This document shows, one piece after another, positions 26,784-36,256 of a DNA stretch of 52,080 nt. Every line of letters starts with the position of its first letter. The first letter of the stretch is position 1. The translations under genes were made by a program, and so were the position numbers. The notes beneath the pieces are model-generated. The model was not told the origin of the DNA. It was given only the letters and a program-made list of their open reading frames with translations, and made no database searches. The stretch comes from a virus. Taxonomy: Duplodnaviria > Caudoviricetes. Where the stretch lies: positions 1 through 52,080 of the IMG/VR virus record IMGVR_UViG_3300048599_000785, one strand, 5' to 3'.

Positions 26784-27197
26784 ATGAACCTTTGGACCCA
26801 GGCGGCGGCCCGCCAGAACGAGGTGCTCGACCGCGTCTACGGCGAGCGGACCAACATCCTGCGGCCGGCGCAGGGGTCGGCCTATGTGGCCACCGACGCG
26901 CCGCCCCAGGTGCTTCACGCCGGCCTGATCGGCGTCATCGACCAGGGGACCGATGCGGTCGGCCTCGACGGCGACGCCGGCGGGCGGCGGGACTTCCGCG
27001 GCCAGCTCCGGGCGGGGGAGATCGTCATCAGCTTCACCCGCTCGCGCTTCCTGAGCCAGGCCGACTGGCCGAAGGCGGGCTGCCTGATCCAGGCCATCGA
27101 CCGCGAGGGCGCCCCCATGTTCGAGGCGGCGGAGAACGGCCAGCTGGACGAAGGCGGCCGGGTCAACGTCCCCGTCGTCCGGCGGGCGTCGCCGTGA
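26784..27197 (+). CDS. Head-tail joining protein
   Basis: Position and size. Confidence 0.65.
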   Translation: MNLWTQAAARQNEVLDRVYGERTNILRPAQGSAYVATDAPPQVLHAGLIGVIDQGTDAVGLDGDAGGRRDFRGQLRAGEIVISFTRSRFLSQADWPKAGCLIQAIDREGAPMFEAAENGQLDEGGRVNVPVVRRASP

Positions 27198-27976
27198 GCC
27201 TGGTCGCCCTGGGGCTCCGCCTCGCCGCCCTGCAGGCCCTCGCCGGCCGCACCGTCGCCGAGGGCAGGATCGCGGACTCCCGCATCCCGCCGGTGGACCA
27301 GCGGGCGGTCGAGGATCGCCTCGCCGCCATCGCCATCTACACCGACGAGGAGACAGGCGCGCCGGCGGGGTTGGCGCTCGGCCAGGCCGATGACCGCGCC
27401 CTGCTGTTCGTGCTCGAACTGGCCCTCGCCGAGGCGACGGTCGTCGAGGGCGAGGCCACCGTCACCATCCCCTCCACCGACGCCGGCATGGAGCTGGCCC
27501 TCGACATCCTGCAGCGCCAGGTGCTGCGGGTCCTGCAATCCGACGACGGCCCCTGGGCCGAGCTCTGGCGCACCCTGGCGCAGCGGGCGGTCAAGTTCGA
27601 GCGCCGCCGCGGCGCCGGCATGGTCGAGCAGGGCGTGCGCTTCGCCGCCCGCCAGCTCATCGTCACCCTGCAGCCGATGCATGAGCCGTCCTTCGGGCCG
27701 CCCACGGGCCCCTTCGCCCAGCTGCTCGCCCTGATGGCCGACACGCCCGACCTCGCGCCCCTCGTCGAGGTCCTGGCCGAAGTGATCGCCCGCGGCGACC
27801 TGGCCGACTGGCGGATCGCCCAGTCCGACTTCGGCCTCACCCACGACGGCGTCCGGGGCATGGGAATCGCGCCCGTGTTCGAAACCGCGGACGAGGCCGC
27901 GCCCACCGCCGCGCAGCTCACCGTTCTCGGCGGCGCGGATCCGCTGGTCATCGTTCCGGAGCCGGAGGATGACTGA
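27194..27976 (+). CDS. Tail completion/neck protein
   Basis: ALAGRTVAEGRIADSRI..IAIYTD; position. Confidence 0.65.
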   Translation: MSLVALGLRLAALQALAGRTVAEGRIADSRIPPVDQRAVEDRLAAIAIYTDEETGAPAGLALGQADDRALLFVLELALAEATVVEGEATVTIPSTDAGMELALDILQRQVLRVLQSDDGPWAELWRTLAQRAVKFERRRGAGMVEQGVRFAARQLIVTLQPMHEPSFGPPTGPFAQLLALMADTPDLAPLVEVLAEVIARGDLADWRIAQSDFGLTHDGVRGMGIAPVFETADEAAPTAAQLTVLGGADPLVIVPEPEDD

Positions 27977-28550
27977 CCTCGCCCGGCTGGCCGCCGAAGT
28001 CGCCGACCTCAAGCGGCGCGTCGCCAACACCGTCCTCTACGGCCGGGTCGTCGCGGTCGACCCCGCCACCGCGCGGATCCGCCTGCGCCTCGGCGGATCC
28101 GACGCCAAGCCCTTCCTCAGCCCCTGGGTTCCCTACGCCCAGGTCGCCGGCGCGCGGTTCCGGTTTCACATGGTCCCCTCCATCGGCCAGCAGATGCGGC
28201 TGGTGTCCGCGGCCGGCGACCTTCGCCAGGGCGTGGCCGACCCCTTCACCTGGACGACCGACCAGCCGTCGCCCTCCGACGAGGAGGAGCTGGCGCGGTT
28301 CCGGGCCGACGGCTTCAACGAGGACGGTTCGCCCAAGCCCGGCATGCGGATCGACGTCACCGCCGACGGCCTGGTGGTCCGCGTCGGCGTCGCCATGCTG
28401 GTGATGCGCGAGGATCACGTTTCCATCCGCACCCTCGATGGCGATGCGCCCGGCAAGTACATCACCATCGACAACGACCCCGACCACGGGATCGTCACCT
28501 CGGTGATGACCGTCTTCCCCGATTCCTTCCCCGACGACCGCTACCTGTAG
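27969..28550 (+). CDS. Baseplate assembly protein V (spike)
   Basis: GRVVAVD..SPWVPY..PSIGQQM. Confidence 0.85.
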   Translation: MTDLARLAAEVADLKRRVANTVLYGRVVAVDPATARIRLRLGGSDAKPFLSPWVPYAQVAGARFRFHMVPSIGQQMRLVSAAGDLRQGVADPFTWTTDQPSPSDEEELARFRADGFNEDGSPKPGMRIDVTADGLVVRVGVAMLVMREDHVSIRTLDGDAPGKYITIDNDPDHGIVTSVMTVFPDSFPDDRYL

Positions 28551-28560
28551 AGGCCCCGTC

Positions 28561-28938
28561 ATGGCCGGCATGAACGCCCGCACGGGCAAGCCGCTCGCCG
28601 GCTGGCCCCACGTCGTGCAGTCCTTGGGGGTGATCTTCTCCACCCGGATCGGCGAGCGGGTCATGCGCCGCTGGTTCGGCTCGGCCGTGCCGGCCCTGCT
28701 GGGGCAGAACCTGACCACCCAGACCTTCCTGAAGTTCTTCAGCGCCATCTATGCGGCGGTCGAGCTCTACGAGCCCCGATTCCGGATCACCAAGGTCACC
28801 CCGGTGTTCGTCGAGCGGACCGGCCGGGCCGGCCTGCGGATCGAGGGCGAATACCGGCCCCGCGGCCATCTCGGCGACTTCACCGTCGCCGGCGCGGGCA
28901 CGCTGCTGCTGGCGTCGAACGGCGAGGTGACATCGTGA
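28561..28938 (+). CDS. Baseplate protein W / gp25
   Basis: GMNARTGK..STRIGERVMRRWFGS..YEPR. Confidence 0.9.
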   Translation: MAGMNARTGKPLAGWPHVVQSLGVIFSTRIGERVMRRWFGSAVPALLGQNLTTQTFLKFFSAIYAAVELYEPRFRITKVTPVFVERTGRAGLRIEGEYRPRGHLGDFTVAGAGTLLLASNGEVTS

Positions 28939-29897
28939 AGTTCGACGCCATCGACCTGTCGCGGCTGGCCGCGCCCAACGCCGTCGAGCCCCTCGACTTC
29001 GAGACCATCCTGGCGGCGCAGAAGGCCACCTTTCTGGCCGCCTGGGCCCAGGCCCAGATCCTCGACCCCACCCTGCCGGACTACGACACCCTCGATCTCG
29101 AGACCGACGCGGTGAACATGTGCCTGCAGGTGGTCAGCTATCGCGAGCTGCTGCTGCGCCAGCGCGTCAACGACGCCTACCGCGCCACCACCCTGGCCTA
29201 CGCGACCGGCGCGGATCTCGACCACCTGGGGGCCCAGTACGGGGTCGCCCGCAAGACGCTCGACGTCGGAGATCCCAACGCCTTCCCGCCGGTCCCGGCG
29301 ACCTACGAGGGCGACATCGATTTCCGGTTCAGGGTCCAGCTGGCGCCGGAGGCCATCACCAACGCCGGCACCAAGGGCGCCTACTGGTTCCACGCCCTCG
29401 CCGCCTCGCCCGACGTGCTCGACGCGGCGGTGTTCGGTCCCGAGGACGGGGTCGCCGGCATCACGCCGGGCAAGGTGCTGGTGACGGTGCAGCCCCGGCC
29501 GGACGCGGCCTCGCCCTCGACCCTCGCCGCCACAGTGGCGGCCTACCTCACCACCCGCCGCCCGCTCACCGATACGGTGACGGTCGAGCGGGCGACCGAG
29601 CTGACCTTCGACGTCGCGGCGGAGATCTTCGTCGGGTCCGGCGCCGACGCCGAGCTGGTGCGCCAGGCGGCCGAGGACGCCGTCGCCCTCTTCCTGTCCA
29701 GCCGCAACTACGCCGGCCAGCTGATCGGCACGCCGGTCTATCGCGACCGGCTGAAGGCGGCCCTGTTCATCGAGGACGACACCGGCCGCTCGCCGGTCAA
29801 GCGGGTGGTGCTGTCCTCGCCCGCGTCCGACGTCCTCCCCACCGCCCGCCAGGCCGCCCTGGTCGGCACGATCGACGTCACCGTCACGGTGGAGTGA
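28935..29897 (+). CDS. Baseplate J protein
   Basis: IDLSRLAAP..YATGADLDHLGA..AGTKGAY..RPLTD. Confidence 0.92.
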   Translation: MKFDAIDLSRLAAPNAVEPLDFETILAAQKATFLAAWAQAQILDPTLPDYDTLDLETDAVNMCLQVVSYRELLLRQRVNDAYRATTLAYATGADLDHLGAQYGVARKTLDVGDPNAFPPVPATYEGDIDFRFRVQLAPEAITNAGTKGAYWFHALAASPDVLDAAVFGPEDGVAGITPGKVLVTVQPRPDAASPSTLAATVAAYLTTRRPLTDTVTVERATELTFDVAAEIFVGSGADAELVRQAAEDAVALFLSSRNYAGQLIGTPVYRDRLKAALFIEDDTGRSPVKRVVLSSPASDVLPTARQAALVGTIDVTVTVE

Positions 29898-30445
29898 TGG
29901 CCGACCTCCTGCCCACCAACGCCACCGCCCTGCAGCGGGCGATCTGCGACGCGGCCGCGCGGATCCTCGACGTCGACGCCGACGTCGTGCGCCGGGCGAG
30001 CCTCGCCGACGACTGCCCCGAGGCCCTGCTGCCCTGGCTGGCCTGGGCGCGTTCGGTCGACGAATGGGACGCGGGCTGGCCGGTGGCGGTCCGCCGGGCG
30101 GTCGTCCGGGAAAGCTTCGCCTACCACGGCCGCAAGGGCGAGCCGACCGGCGTGCGCGCGGCGCTCGCACAGCTCGGCGTCGACGCGACGATGGCCGAAT
30201 GGTTCGAGACCGGCCGCCTGCCCTACACCTTCGGCGTCAACCTCGCCCTGGCGGAAAACCAGCCCTACCCGGACTCGGGCTGGGCGCAGCTGCTGCGGCT
30301 GGTCAACAGCGCCAAGAACGCCCGCTCGCTCCTCGACCTGATCACCGCCGAGGTCCGTTTCCGCGCCCCCGCGCCGCGCGTCGCGGCCTGGCTGTACGGC
30401 GAGCCGGCCGAGGTCACCATCTATCCGCAGGGGACCTATCCGTGA
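29897..30445 (+). CDS. Tail protein I (P2 family)
   Basis: LLPTNAT..LLPWLAWARSVDEW..KNARS. Confidence 0.9.
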   Translation: MADLLPTNATALQRAICDAAARILDVDADVVRRASLADDCPEALLPWLAWARSVDEWDAGWPVAVRRAVVRESFAYHGRKGEPTGVRAALAQLGVDATMAEWFETGRLPYTFGVNLALAENQPYPDSGWAQLLRLVNSAKNARSLLDLITAEVRFRAPAPRVAAWLYGEPAEVTIYPQGTYP

Positions 30446-30945
30446 GCCAGATCTACTTCGTCCGGTTCACCAGCGCCGGCAACGCCCTGCTGACTGCGGC
30501 TCTGGCGCCGGGCGGCGACCCGGTGCTGATCGCCGAGATCGGCGTCACCCCCACCGCCCTGCCGACCCCGAACGACGGGGCGAGCGTCCTGCCGGACGAG
30601 ATCGACCGCTTCCCGGTCTACAGCCGCGAGATCGTCGCCGGCCACCCGACCCAGCTCAAGGTCAAGGTGGTCATCCCGGCCAGCGTCGGGGACTTCGATA
30701 TCCGCGGCCTCGGGCTCTACGACGCCGACGGGGTGCTGCTCGCCCAGGCCAACTTCCCGCCGACCCGCAAGCCGCTGCTGGTCCAGGGCGCCGAGGTCAC
30801 CCTGCCCCTGAGCGTGATCCTCGAACACACCAACGCCGACACGGTCTTCGTCACCGGCGCCGCCGGCAACGTCTTCATGACCGAGTCCCAGGTCCGCGAG
30901 CTCGTCTCCGACGAGCTCTCCTTCTTCCGCCTCACGGGGTACTGA
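30442..30945 (+). CDS. Tail fibre N-terminal baseplate-attachment domain (stand-alone)
   Basis: IPASVGDFDIRGLGLYDADGVL..PPTRKP (P2 gpH N-terminus-like); only 167 aa. Confidence 0.8.
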   Translation: MSQIYFVRFTSAGNALLTAALAPGGDPVLIAEIGVTPTALPTPNDGASVLPDEIDRFPVYSREIVAGHPTQLKVKVVIPASVGDFDIRGLGLYDADGVLLAQANFPPTRKPLLVQGAEVTLPLSVILEHTNADTVFVTGAAGNVFMTESQVRELVSDELSFFRLTGY

Positions 30946-30947
30946 GC

Positions 30948-31271
30948 ATGGCCGACGAGTACATCAACCGGACGGCGCTCTCGGCCGGGACGGCGAGCGA
31001 GGTGGCGGCGGCGGACTCGGACCGCGGGCTGGACGTGATCGTCAACCTGGTCAACCGCTCGCCGACTCCGACGACCGTCCGGCTGTTCGTCGACACCTCC
31101 AACACCCCGGCGGTGGCCGACTACGTCGAGTACGACACGCCCCTGCTGCTCGGCTACCCGCTGGTGCGCGGGCCGTTCCGCCTGCCGCCGACCTACAAGC
31201 TCTACGCCCGCGACCCCAACGGCACCGTGTCCGTGGTGGCGACCGGCCAGAAGCTGCGCGCGGAGGCCTGA
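30948..31271 (+). CDS. Hypothetical tail protein
   Basis: Beta-rich ORF in the fibre region. Confidence 0.65.
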   Translation: MADEYINRTALSAGTASEVAAADSDRGLDVIVNLVNRSPTPTTVRLFVDTSNTPAVADYVEYDTPLLLGYPLVRGPFRLPPTYKLYARDPNGTVSVVATGQKLRAEA

Positions 31272-31274
31272 CCG

Positions 31275-31919
31275 ATGAAGCGCTATCAGTCCTTCCCGCC
31301 GGCGGTCGCCGCAGGCCCGACCTGGCGCGGCTTCCGCAACCGCCGGATCCTGAACCTGACGGGTTCCACCGCCATCGTGCTCCCCGAGCACGCGCCCATC
31401 GACCCGCGGACGGGCAAGGTGCTGGTCTGCGGCTGGGTGATCGGCGCGGGCGGCGGAGCGTCGGCGGGCCTCGGCGGCGGGGCCGGCGGGTTCTCCGAAA
31501 AGACCTGGCTGGTGACGCCCCTCAGCACGGCGACCTTCACCATCGGGACCGGCGGACCGTCGGCGACGGGCAGCTTCGCCGGGACCGCCGGCGGCCAGTC
31601 CACCCTCGTCCTCGACGGCGTGACCCTGACCGGTCTCGGAGGCGGCGGCGGCTCCACCCCCGGCGGCGGCCCCGGCGCCGGCGCGGGCGCCAGCGGCGGC
31701 GACATCAACGCCACCGGCGCCAACGGCACGGGCTCGGGCGTCTCCGGCACCTGGCAGGGCGGGCTGACCAACCTGCTGGCGCGCGCCGCCATGCTCTCGG
31801 ACCTCAAGGACCTGCTCGACGCGTCGCTCCTCGTCCTCAACGCCCCGGGCAAGGGCGGCACGGCGGCCGACGCCGGGAACGAATACGGCGGCAACGGCTT
31901 CGGCCTCCTCCTCTTCTGA
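31275..31919 (+). CDS. Glycine-rich tail fibre protein
   Basis: IGAGGG..GGGAGG..TIGTGG pattern. Confidence 0.75.
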   Translation: MKRYQSFPPAVAAGPTWRGFRNRRILNLTGSTAIVLPEHAPIDPRTGKVLVCGWVIGAGGGASAGLGGGAGGFSEKTWLVTPLSTATFTIGTGGPSATGSFAGTAGGQSTLVLDGVTLTGLGGGGGSTPGGGPGAGAGASGGDINATGANGTGSGVSGTWQGGLTNLLARAAMLSDLKDLLDASLLVLNAPGKGGTAADAGNEYGGNGFGLLLF

Positions 31920-31930
31920 TCGGCAGGCCC

Positions 31931-33013
31931 ATGGGCGCGGATCCTACCTACACCCAGAACCAGCTGCGGCTGGCCGAGCAGGCGCGCGACTCGACGTCGA
32001 CGGACGCGCGCCGCGCACAGGCCGCTGCCGGCGTGGCGGTCGCAGCGGCAGCGTCGGCCGACGAGGGCCAGCTCGGCGCGGCGGCCCTGCTGCAGCAGGT
32101 CCTGGCCGCCATCGCCAACAACATCCCCGAGCACGAGTGGGCCGGCACGACCCTGCGCCTTCGCAACGTCAACGGGACCTGGGGCGTCTACGTCGACCTG
32201 AAGGGCGCGACCGGGGCGACCGGGGCGACCGGGGCCACGGGCGCAACCGGGGCAACCGGCGCCCAGGGTCCCGCCGGCACGGCGAACATCCCCCGCGTGA
32301 CCCGGGCCAGCAACACCGCCCTCGCCGCAGCGGACATCGGCAAGCTGATCGAGTTCACCGCCGGCTTTACCCAAACCTTCGCGGCCGCCGCCACCCTCGG
32401 CGCCAACTGGTCGGTCCGGCTGCACAACCTGTCGAGCGCCGACGTCACCCTCGACCCCAACGGCTCGGAGACCATCGCCGGCCAATCCACCCTCGTCCTC
32501 GGCCCGGGGCAGGACGTCACCGTCCAGAGCGACGGGTCCAACCTCAACCTGGTCGACGAGCCGACCCCGTTCCGGAACCTGAAGGTCATCACCGGGTCGC
32601 AGACCTGGACCCGGCCAGGCCACGTCCGGCGGGTGCTGGTGATCGGCGGCGACGGCGGGCAGGGCGGGATCAACGGCACCGGCTCGCTGGCGAACCGCGG
32701 CGGCGCGGGGGGCGGCTGGTTCATCGCCTTCGTCACCGTCACCGCCGACGTCGTGGTGACCATCGGCGCCGGCGGCGCCGCCAACGGCGGCCTCGGCGGC
32801 GTGACCTCCTTCGGCAGCGTAAACAAGTCGGCGCCCGGGTCGCAGGGGATCGCCTTCCTCGGCTCGCCCGGGGGCACCGCCGGCGGCGCCGTCACCTCGC
32901 CGGGCAAGGGCGGGCCGGGCCTGCTCGGGTCAGGCAGCTACGGCGCGGGCGGCGATTCCACCACCACGGCCTCCGACCCCGGAACCGCCGGCGCCCTGAT
33001 CATCCTCTACTGA
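31931..33013 (+). CDS. Tail fibre protein with collagen-like and glycine-rich domains
   Basis: (GAT)6-GAQ-GPA; TLDPNGSETIAG; Gly-rich C-terminus. Confidence 0.78.
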   Translation: MGADPTYTQNQLRLAEQARDSTSTDARRAQAAAGVAVAAAASADEGQLGAAALLQQVLAAIANNIPEHEWAGTTLRLRNVNGTWGVYVDLKGATGATGATGATGATGATGAQGPAGTANIPRVTRASNTALAAADIGKLIEFTAGFTQTFAAAATLGANWSVRLHNLSSADVTLDPNGSETIAGQSTLVLGPGQDVTVQSDGSNLNLVDEPTPFRNLKVITGSQTWTRPGHVRRVLVIGGDGGQGGINGTGSLANRGGAGGGWFIAFVTVTADVVVTIGAGGAANGGLGGVTSFGSVNKSAPGSQGIAFLGSPGGTAGGAVTSPGKGGPGLLGSGSYGAGGDSTTTASDPGTAGALIILY

Positions 33014-33023
33014 GGCCAGCCCC

Positions 33024-33671
33024 ATGGACGTCGCCAAGATCGACCTGAACGCCGGCTCGGCCGGCGCGCGGCCCGTCGTCAACCTGGAGGTCTGGGCCGC
33101 CCTCCCGGACGACACCGCGGACTTCGCCTACCGCGCGGCCCCGTCCGGTTGCGCCATCGGCTGGCTGTTCGACGACACGGACGTGACGCCCCCGCCGCGC
33201 AGCGCCGCCGAGAAGAAGGCCGACGCCGCCATCGTCGTCCGCGAGACCCTGGCCGCAAAGCTCGCCCTGCCCTGGACGGTGGACTGGACGGTGCTGGTCG
33301 GCGTCGAGATCCAGAAGAAGGACTGGGACGACAACCTCACCGACGCCGGCGAACTGGACTTCCCCCCGCTCGGCATGACCAGCGAGGTCGAGACCCGCCT
33401 CGCCATCCGGGCCACCAGCATGATCGCGGCCAGCGAAGGCACGAGCGTCATCGGCGGCCTGCGCGACCTGTCGGACGCCTACGAGCTGCAGCCGACGGCG
33501 GAGCAGTTCCTGGTCTACTACAACACCCGGACGGCCGTGGCCTCGGACTACCGCGCCTACGCGGCCGGCGTGATCGGCTACATCGACTCCCTGGCCGACG
33601 ACGCCGGCCTCGCCGGCGGCATCGCCGCGGCGCTGCTCTTCCCCGGCGCGCCCTGGCCCGCCGACGACTGA
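33024..33671 (+). CDS. Putative tail fibre assembly protein
   Basis: Follows fibre genes; CAIGWLFD, C-terminal WP. Confidence 0.55.
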   Translation: MDVAKIDLNAGSAGARPVVNLEVWAALPDDTADFAYRAAPSGCAIGWLFDDTDVTPPPRSAAEKKADAAIVVRETLAAKLALPWTVDWTVLVGVEIQKKDWDDNLTDAGELDFPPLGMTSEVETRLAIRATSMIAASEGTSVIGGLRDLSDAYELQPTAEQFLVYYNTRTAVASDYRAYAAGVIGYIDSLADDAGLAGGIAAALLFPGAPWPADD

Positions 33672-33743
33672 CCGGCGCGAGCGCCGCTCGCACGCCCCCG
33701 CATCCCCATCCACGTCCCGCCCGGCCGAAGGAGGCCCTGACCC

Positions 33744-35222
33744 ATGACGGAACCCACGTTCGGCATTTCGATCCAGCCGCTCGACAACGAGCTGCGCACG
33801 CTGGTGTTCAGCGATTTCTCGGTGATCGGCATCATCGGCACGGCGGACGCCGCCGATGCGGGGTCCTTCCCGCTCGACACACCGGTGGCGATGAATTCCA
33901 ACGACGCCGAGCTGCTGGCCGACCTTGGCGCCACCGGCTCGATCGTCGACGCCATCCGCGGGATCAACGACCAGCTGGCCGCCATGCAGGGCGCCGCGCG
34001 CCTGGTGATCGTGCGGGTGGCCTACAACGCCACCGCCGACACGGTGATCGCCAACATCGTCGGCAACGGGACCACCACGGGGCTGGCCGCCTTCAAGGCC
34101 GCGCCGGCGGCGCTCGGCATGACGCCCCGGATCATCCTCGCCCCCGACTACACCGGCCAGACCAAGACCGGCGTGCTGAGCGTGCCGGTCACCGCCGGCG
34201 GGACCAACTACACCACCCCCACCGTCGCCTTCAGCGGCGGCGGCGGCACCGGCGCGGCCGGCACCGTGACGGTCGCCAGCGGCGTGATCACCGGCATCGT
34301 CATCACCAACCCGGGCTCGGGCTACACCTCCGCCCCGACCGCCACGATCTCCGGCTCGCCGGGATCGGGCGCGACGCTGGGCGCGGTGTCGATCGGCGCC
34401 CTCGCCAACCCCGTGGTCGCGGCCCTGCCGGCGGTGCTCGAGGCCCTGCAGGCGGTCGCGCCGGTGCAGGGGCCCAACAGCACCAAGGCTGCGGCCCTGG
34501 CGTGGCGTGAGACCTTCACCTCGAAGCGGCTCATCCCGGTGGAGGGCGGGGTCAAGACCCTCGACGGCCAATCCATCGTCAGCCACGACCTGGCCCCGCG
34601 CCTCGCCGGCATCTGCGTCAAGCTGGACAAGGCCACCGGCGGCGTGCCGGTCAAGTCCTGGGCGAACCAGCCGGTGCAGGGGATCCTCGCCCCCGGCCGC
34701 AGCATTCCCTTCAGCCTGACCGACGGCGCGAACGAGGGCCAGGAGCTGCTGGCGGAGAACATCGGCGTGCTGGTGCGCGGCGAGGCGGGGGTGGACGGCG
34801 CCATCGCCGACGCCGGCTTCGTCTTCATCGGCACCGACGGGGCCGGCGACGACGACGCCTGGCGCTTCTACCACCAGGTCCGGCTGCGCGATTACGCCCA
34901 TGTCGCCCTGATCAAGACCCTGCGGTTCTACCTCGGCCGCTACAACCTGACCGCCCAGCTGGTGCAGGCCGTGCTCAACACCATGGACCGGCTGGGCAGC
35001 CAGCTGCAGGGCCGCGGCTACATCCTGGGCTACCAGAACCGGTTCACGCCCGACGCCAACAGCGTGAACGACCTGCGCGCCGGCAAGTTCACCACCACAT
35101 TCGCCGCCGAAGAGCCGGCGGTGTTCCGCAACCTGGTCATCCAGTCGACCCGCTACGAGGTGGCGGTGGAGCAGCTGCTCAGCGACCTGGTGGCCCAGTT
35201 CGGCGGCCAGGCCGCGGCCTGA
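33744..35222 (+). CDS. Tail sheath protein (P2 FI-like) with insertion
   Basis: SVIGIIGTA..FPLDTPV, PRIILAP, SWANQ. Confidence 0.92.
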   Translation: MTEPTFGISIQPLDNELRTLVFSDFSVIGIIGTADAADAGSFPLDTPVAMNSNDAELLADLGATGSIVDAIRGINDQLAAMQGAARLVIVRVAYNATADTVIANIVGNGTTTGLAAFKAAPAALGMTPRIILAPDYTGQTKTGVLSVPVTAGGTNYTTPTVAFSGGGGTGAAGTVTVASGVITGIVITNPGSGYTSAPTATISGSPGSGATLGAVSIGALANPVVAALPAVLEALQAVAPVQGPNSTKAAALAWRETFTSKRLIPVEGGVKTLDGQSIVSHDLAPRLAGICVKLDKATGGVPVKSWANQPVQGILAPGRSIPFSLTDGANEGQELLAENIGVLVRGEAGVDGAIADAGFVFIGTDGAGDDDAWRFYHQVRLRDYAHVALIKTLRFYLGRYNLTAQLVQAVLNTMDRLGSQLQGRGYILGYQNRFTPDANSVNDLRAGKFTTTFAAEEPAVFRNLVIQSTRYEVAVEQLLSDLVAQFGGQAAA

Positions 35223-35291
35223 TCGCCGGCGACCTGACCCCCATCGCCCTGATCGGCCTCGCCCTCCCCTCATCCTTCAAGGAACACCGCC

Positions 35292-35816
35292 ATGGACCTG
35301 CTCATCATGGAGTCGGCGAACCTGTTCGTCGGCGACCACGACCCCAACGCCTCGCTGCACCTGGCCCTCAGCGAGATCAAACTGCCGACCCTGGAGGTCG
35401 AGACCCAGGAGCACAGCCCGGGCGGCGCGTCGTTCAAGATCGACGTGCCGGTCGGCTACGCCAAGATGGAGGCCGGCTTCAAGCTGACCGGCTGGGATCC
35501 CAGCGTCATGGCCCAGTTCGGCTATGGGTCGCAGGACGTGCGCCCCTTTACCGCCTACGGCGTGCTGCGGTCCAAGCTCACGGGCGCGGCGATCCAGTCC
35601 AAGGCGGTGATCCAGGGGATCCTGGGCAAGACCGAGCCCGACGCCTTCAAGCGCGGCGAGCTGCAGGGCTTCGACCACGCCATCAAGGGCATCGTCCGCT
35701 ACCAGCTCTGGCAGGGCGGCGACGAGCTGTTCTTCTGGGACTTCTTCACCAACCAGCTGCGCATCGGCGGGATGGACCAGAACGCCCAGGCCAACGCCAT
35801 GCTCGGCATCGCGTAG
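35292..35816 (+). CDS. Tail tube protein (P2 FII-like)
   Basis: EIKLPTL..HSPGG..FKRGEL..WDFFTN. Confidence 0.9.
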   Translation: MDLLIMESANLFVGDHDPNASLHLALSEIKLPTLEVETQEHSPGGASFKIDVPVGYAKMEAGFKLTGWDPSVMAQFGYGSQDVRPFTAYGVLRSKLTGAAIQSKAVIQGILGKTEPDAFKRGELQGFDHAIKGIVRYQLWQGGDELFFWDFFTNQLRIGGMDQNAQANAMLGIA

Positions 35817-35825
35817 GGGGCGGGC

Positions 35826-36247
35826 TTGGACATCCCCCTGAAGACGCCGATCGAGGTCGAGGGCCGGACCTTCACGTCCCTCGACTTCGACCCCACCCTG
35901 GAGCAGCTCGAAACCTTCGAGCTCGCGATGGCCGCGACCGCCAGCGAGCCGGCGGCGGAGCAGGCGGCCCTTACCGCGCTGATCGCCGCCGCCTGCGACG
36001 TCCCCGCGGCCCTCGTCCGCAAGCTCCGCCTGTCGGACATGAAGCGGATGATGGAGGCGGCCGCGCTGGGCGACGGCCCTTTGCCCCCGCGGTCGGCGGA
36101 GGCCTCGCCTGGCGCGCCGCCGTCGCCGACGTCGCCCACGTCCTGAGCACGCCCCTGCCGGCGCTGCTCGCCTGGCGCTGGTCCCGGCTCGCCCCTTGGC
36201 GGGCCCAGGCCCATCGCATCGCCGCCGCGGACGCCCGCGCGCGATAG
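35826..36247 (+). CDS. Tail assembly chaperone: short form 35826-36146, -1 frameshifted long form to 36247
   Basis: Slippery C CCT TTG at 36077-36083; -1 frame WRAAVADVAHVLSTPL..W ends just before the TMP RBS. Confidence 0.8.
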
Positions 36248-36256
36248 GAGGCCCCG

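Noticed and set aside
32204-32257. 9-bp tandem repeat
   Set aside because: Encodes collagen-like Gly-Ala-Thr with synonymous variation; ordinary fibre feature
33676-33692. The 17-bp palindromes as intrinsic terminators
   Set aside because: Perfect dyad with a 1-nt centre, no U tract, and most copies lie within coding sequence; fits a protein-binding site better
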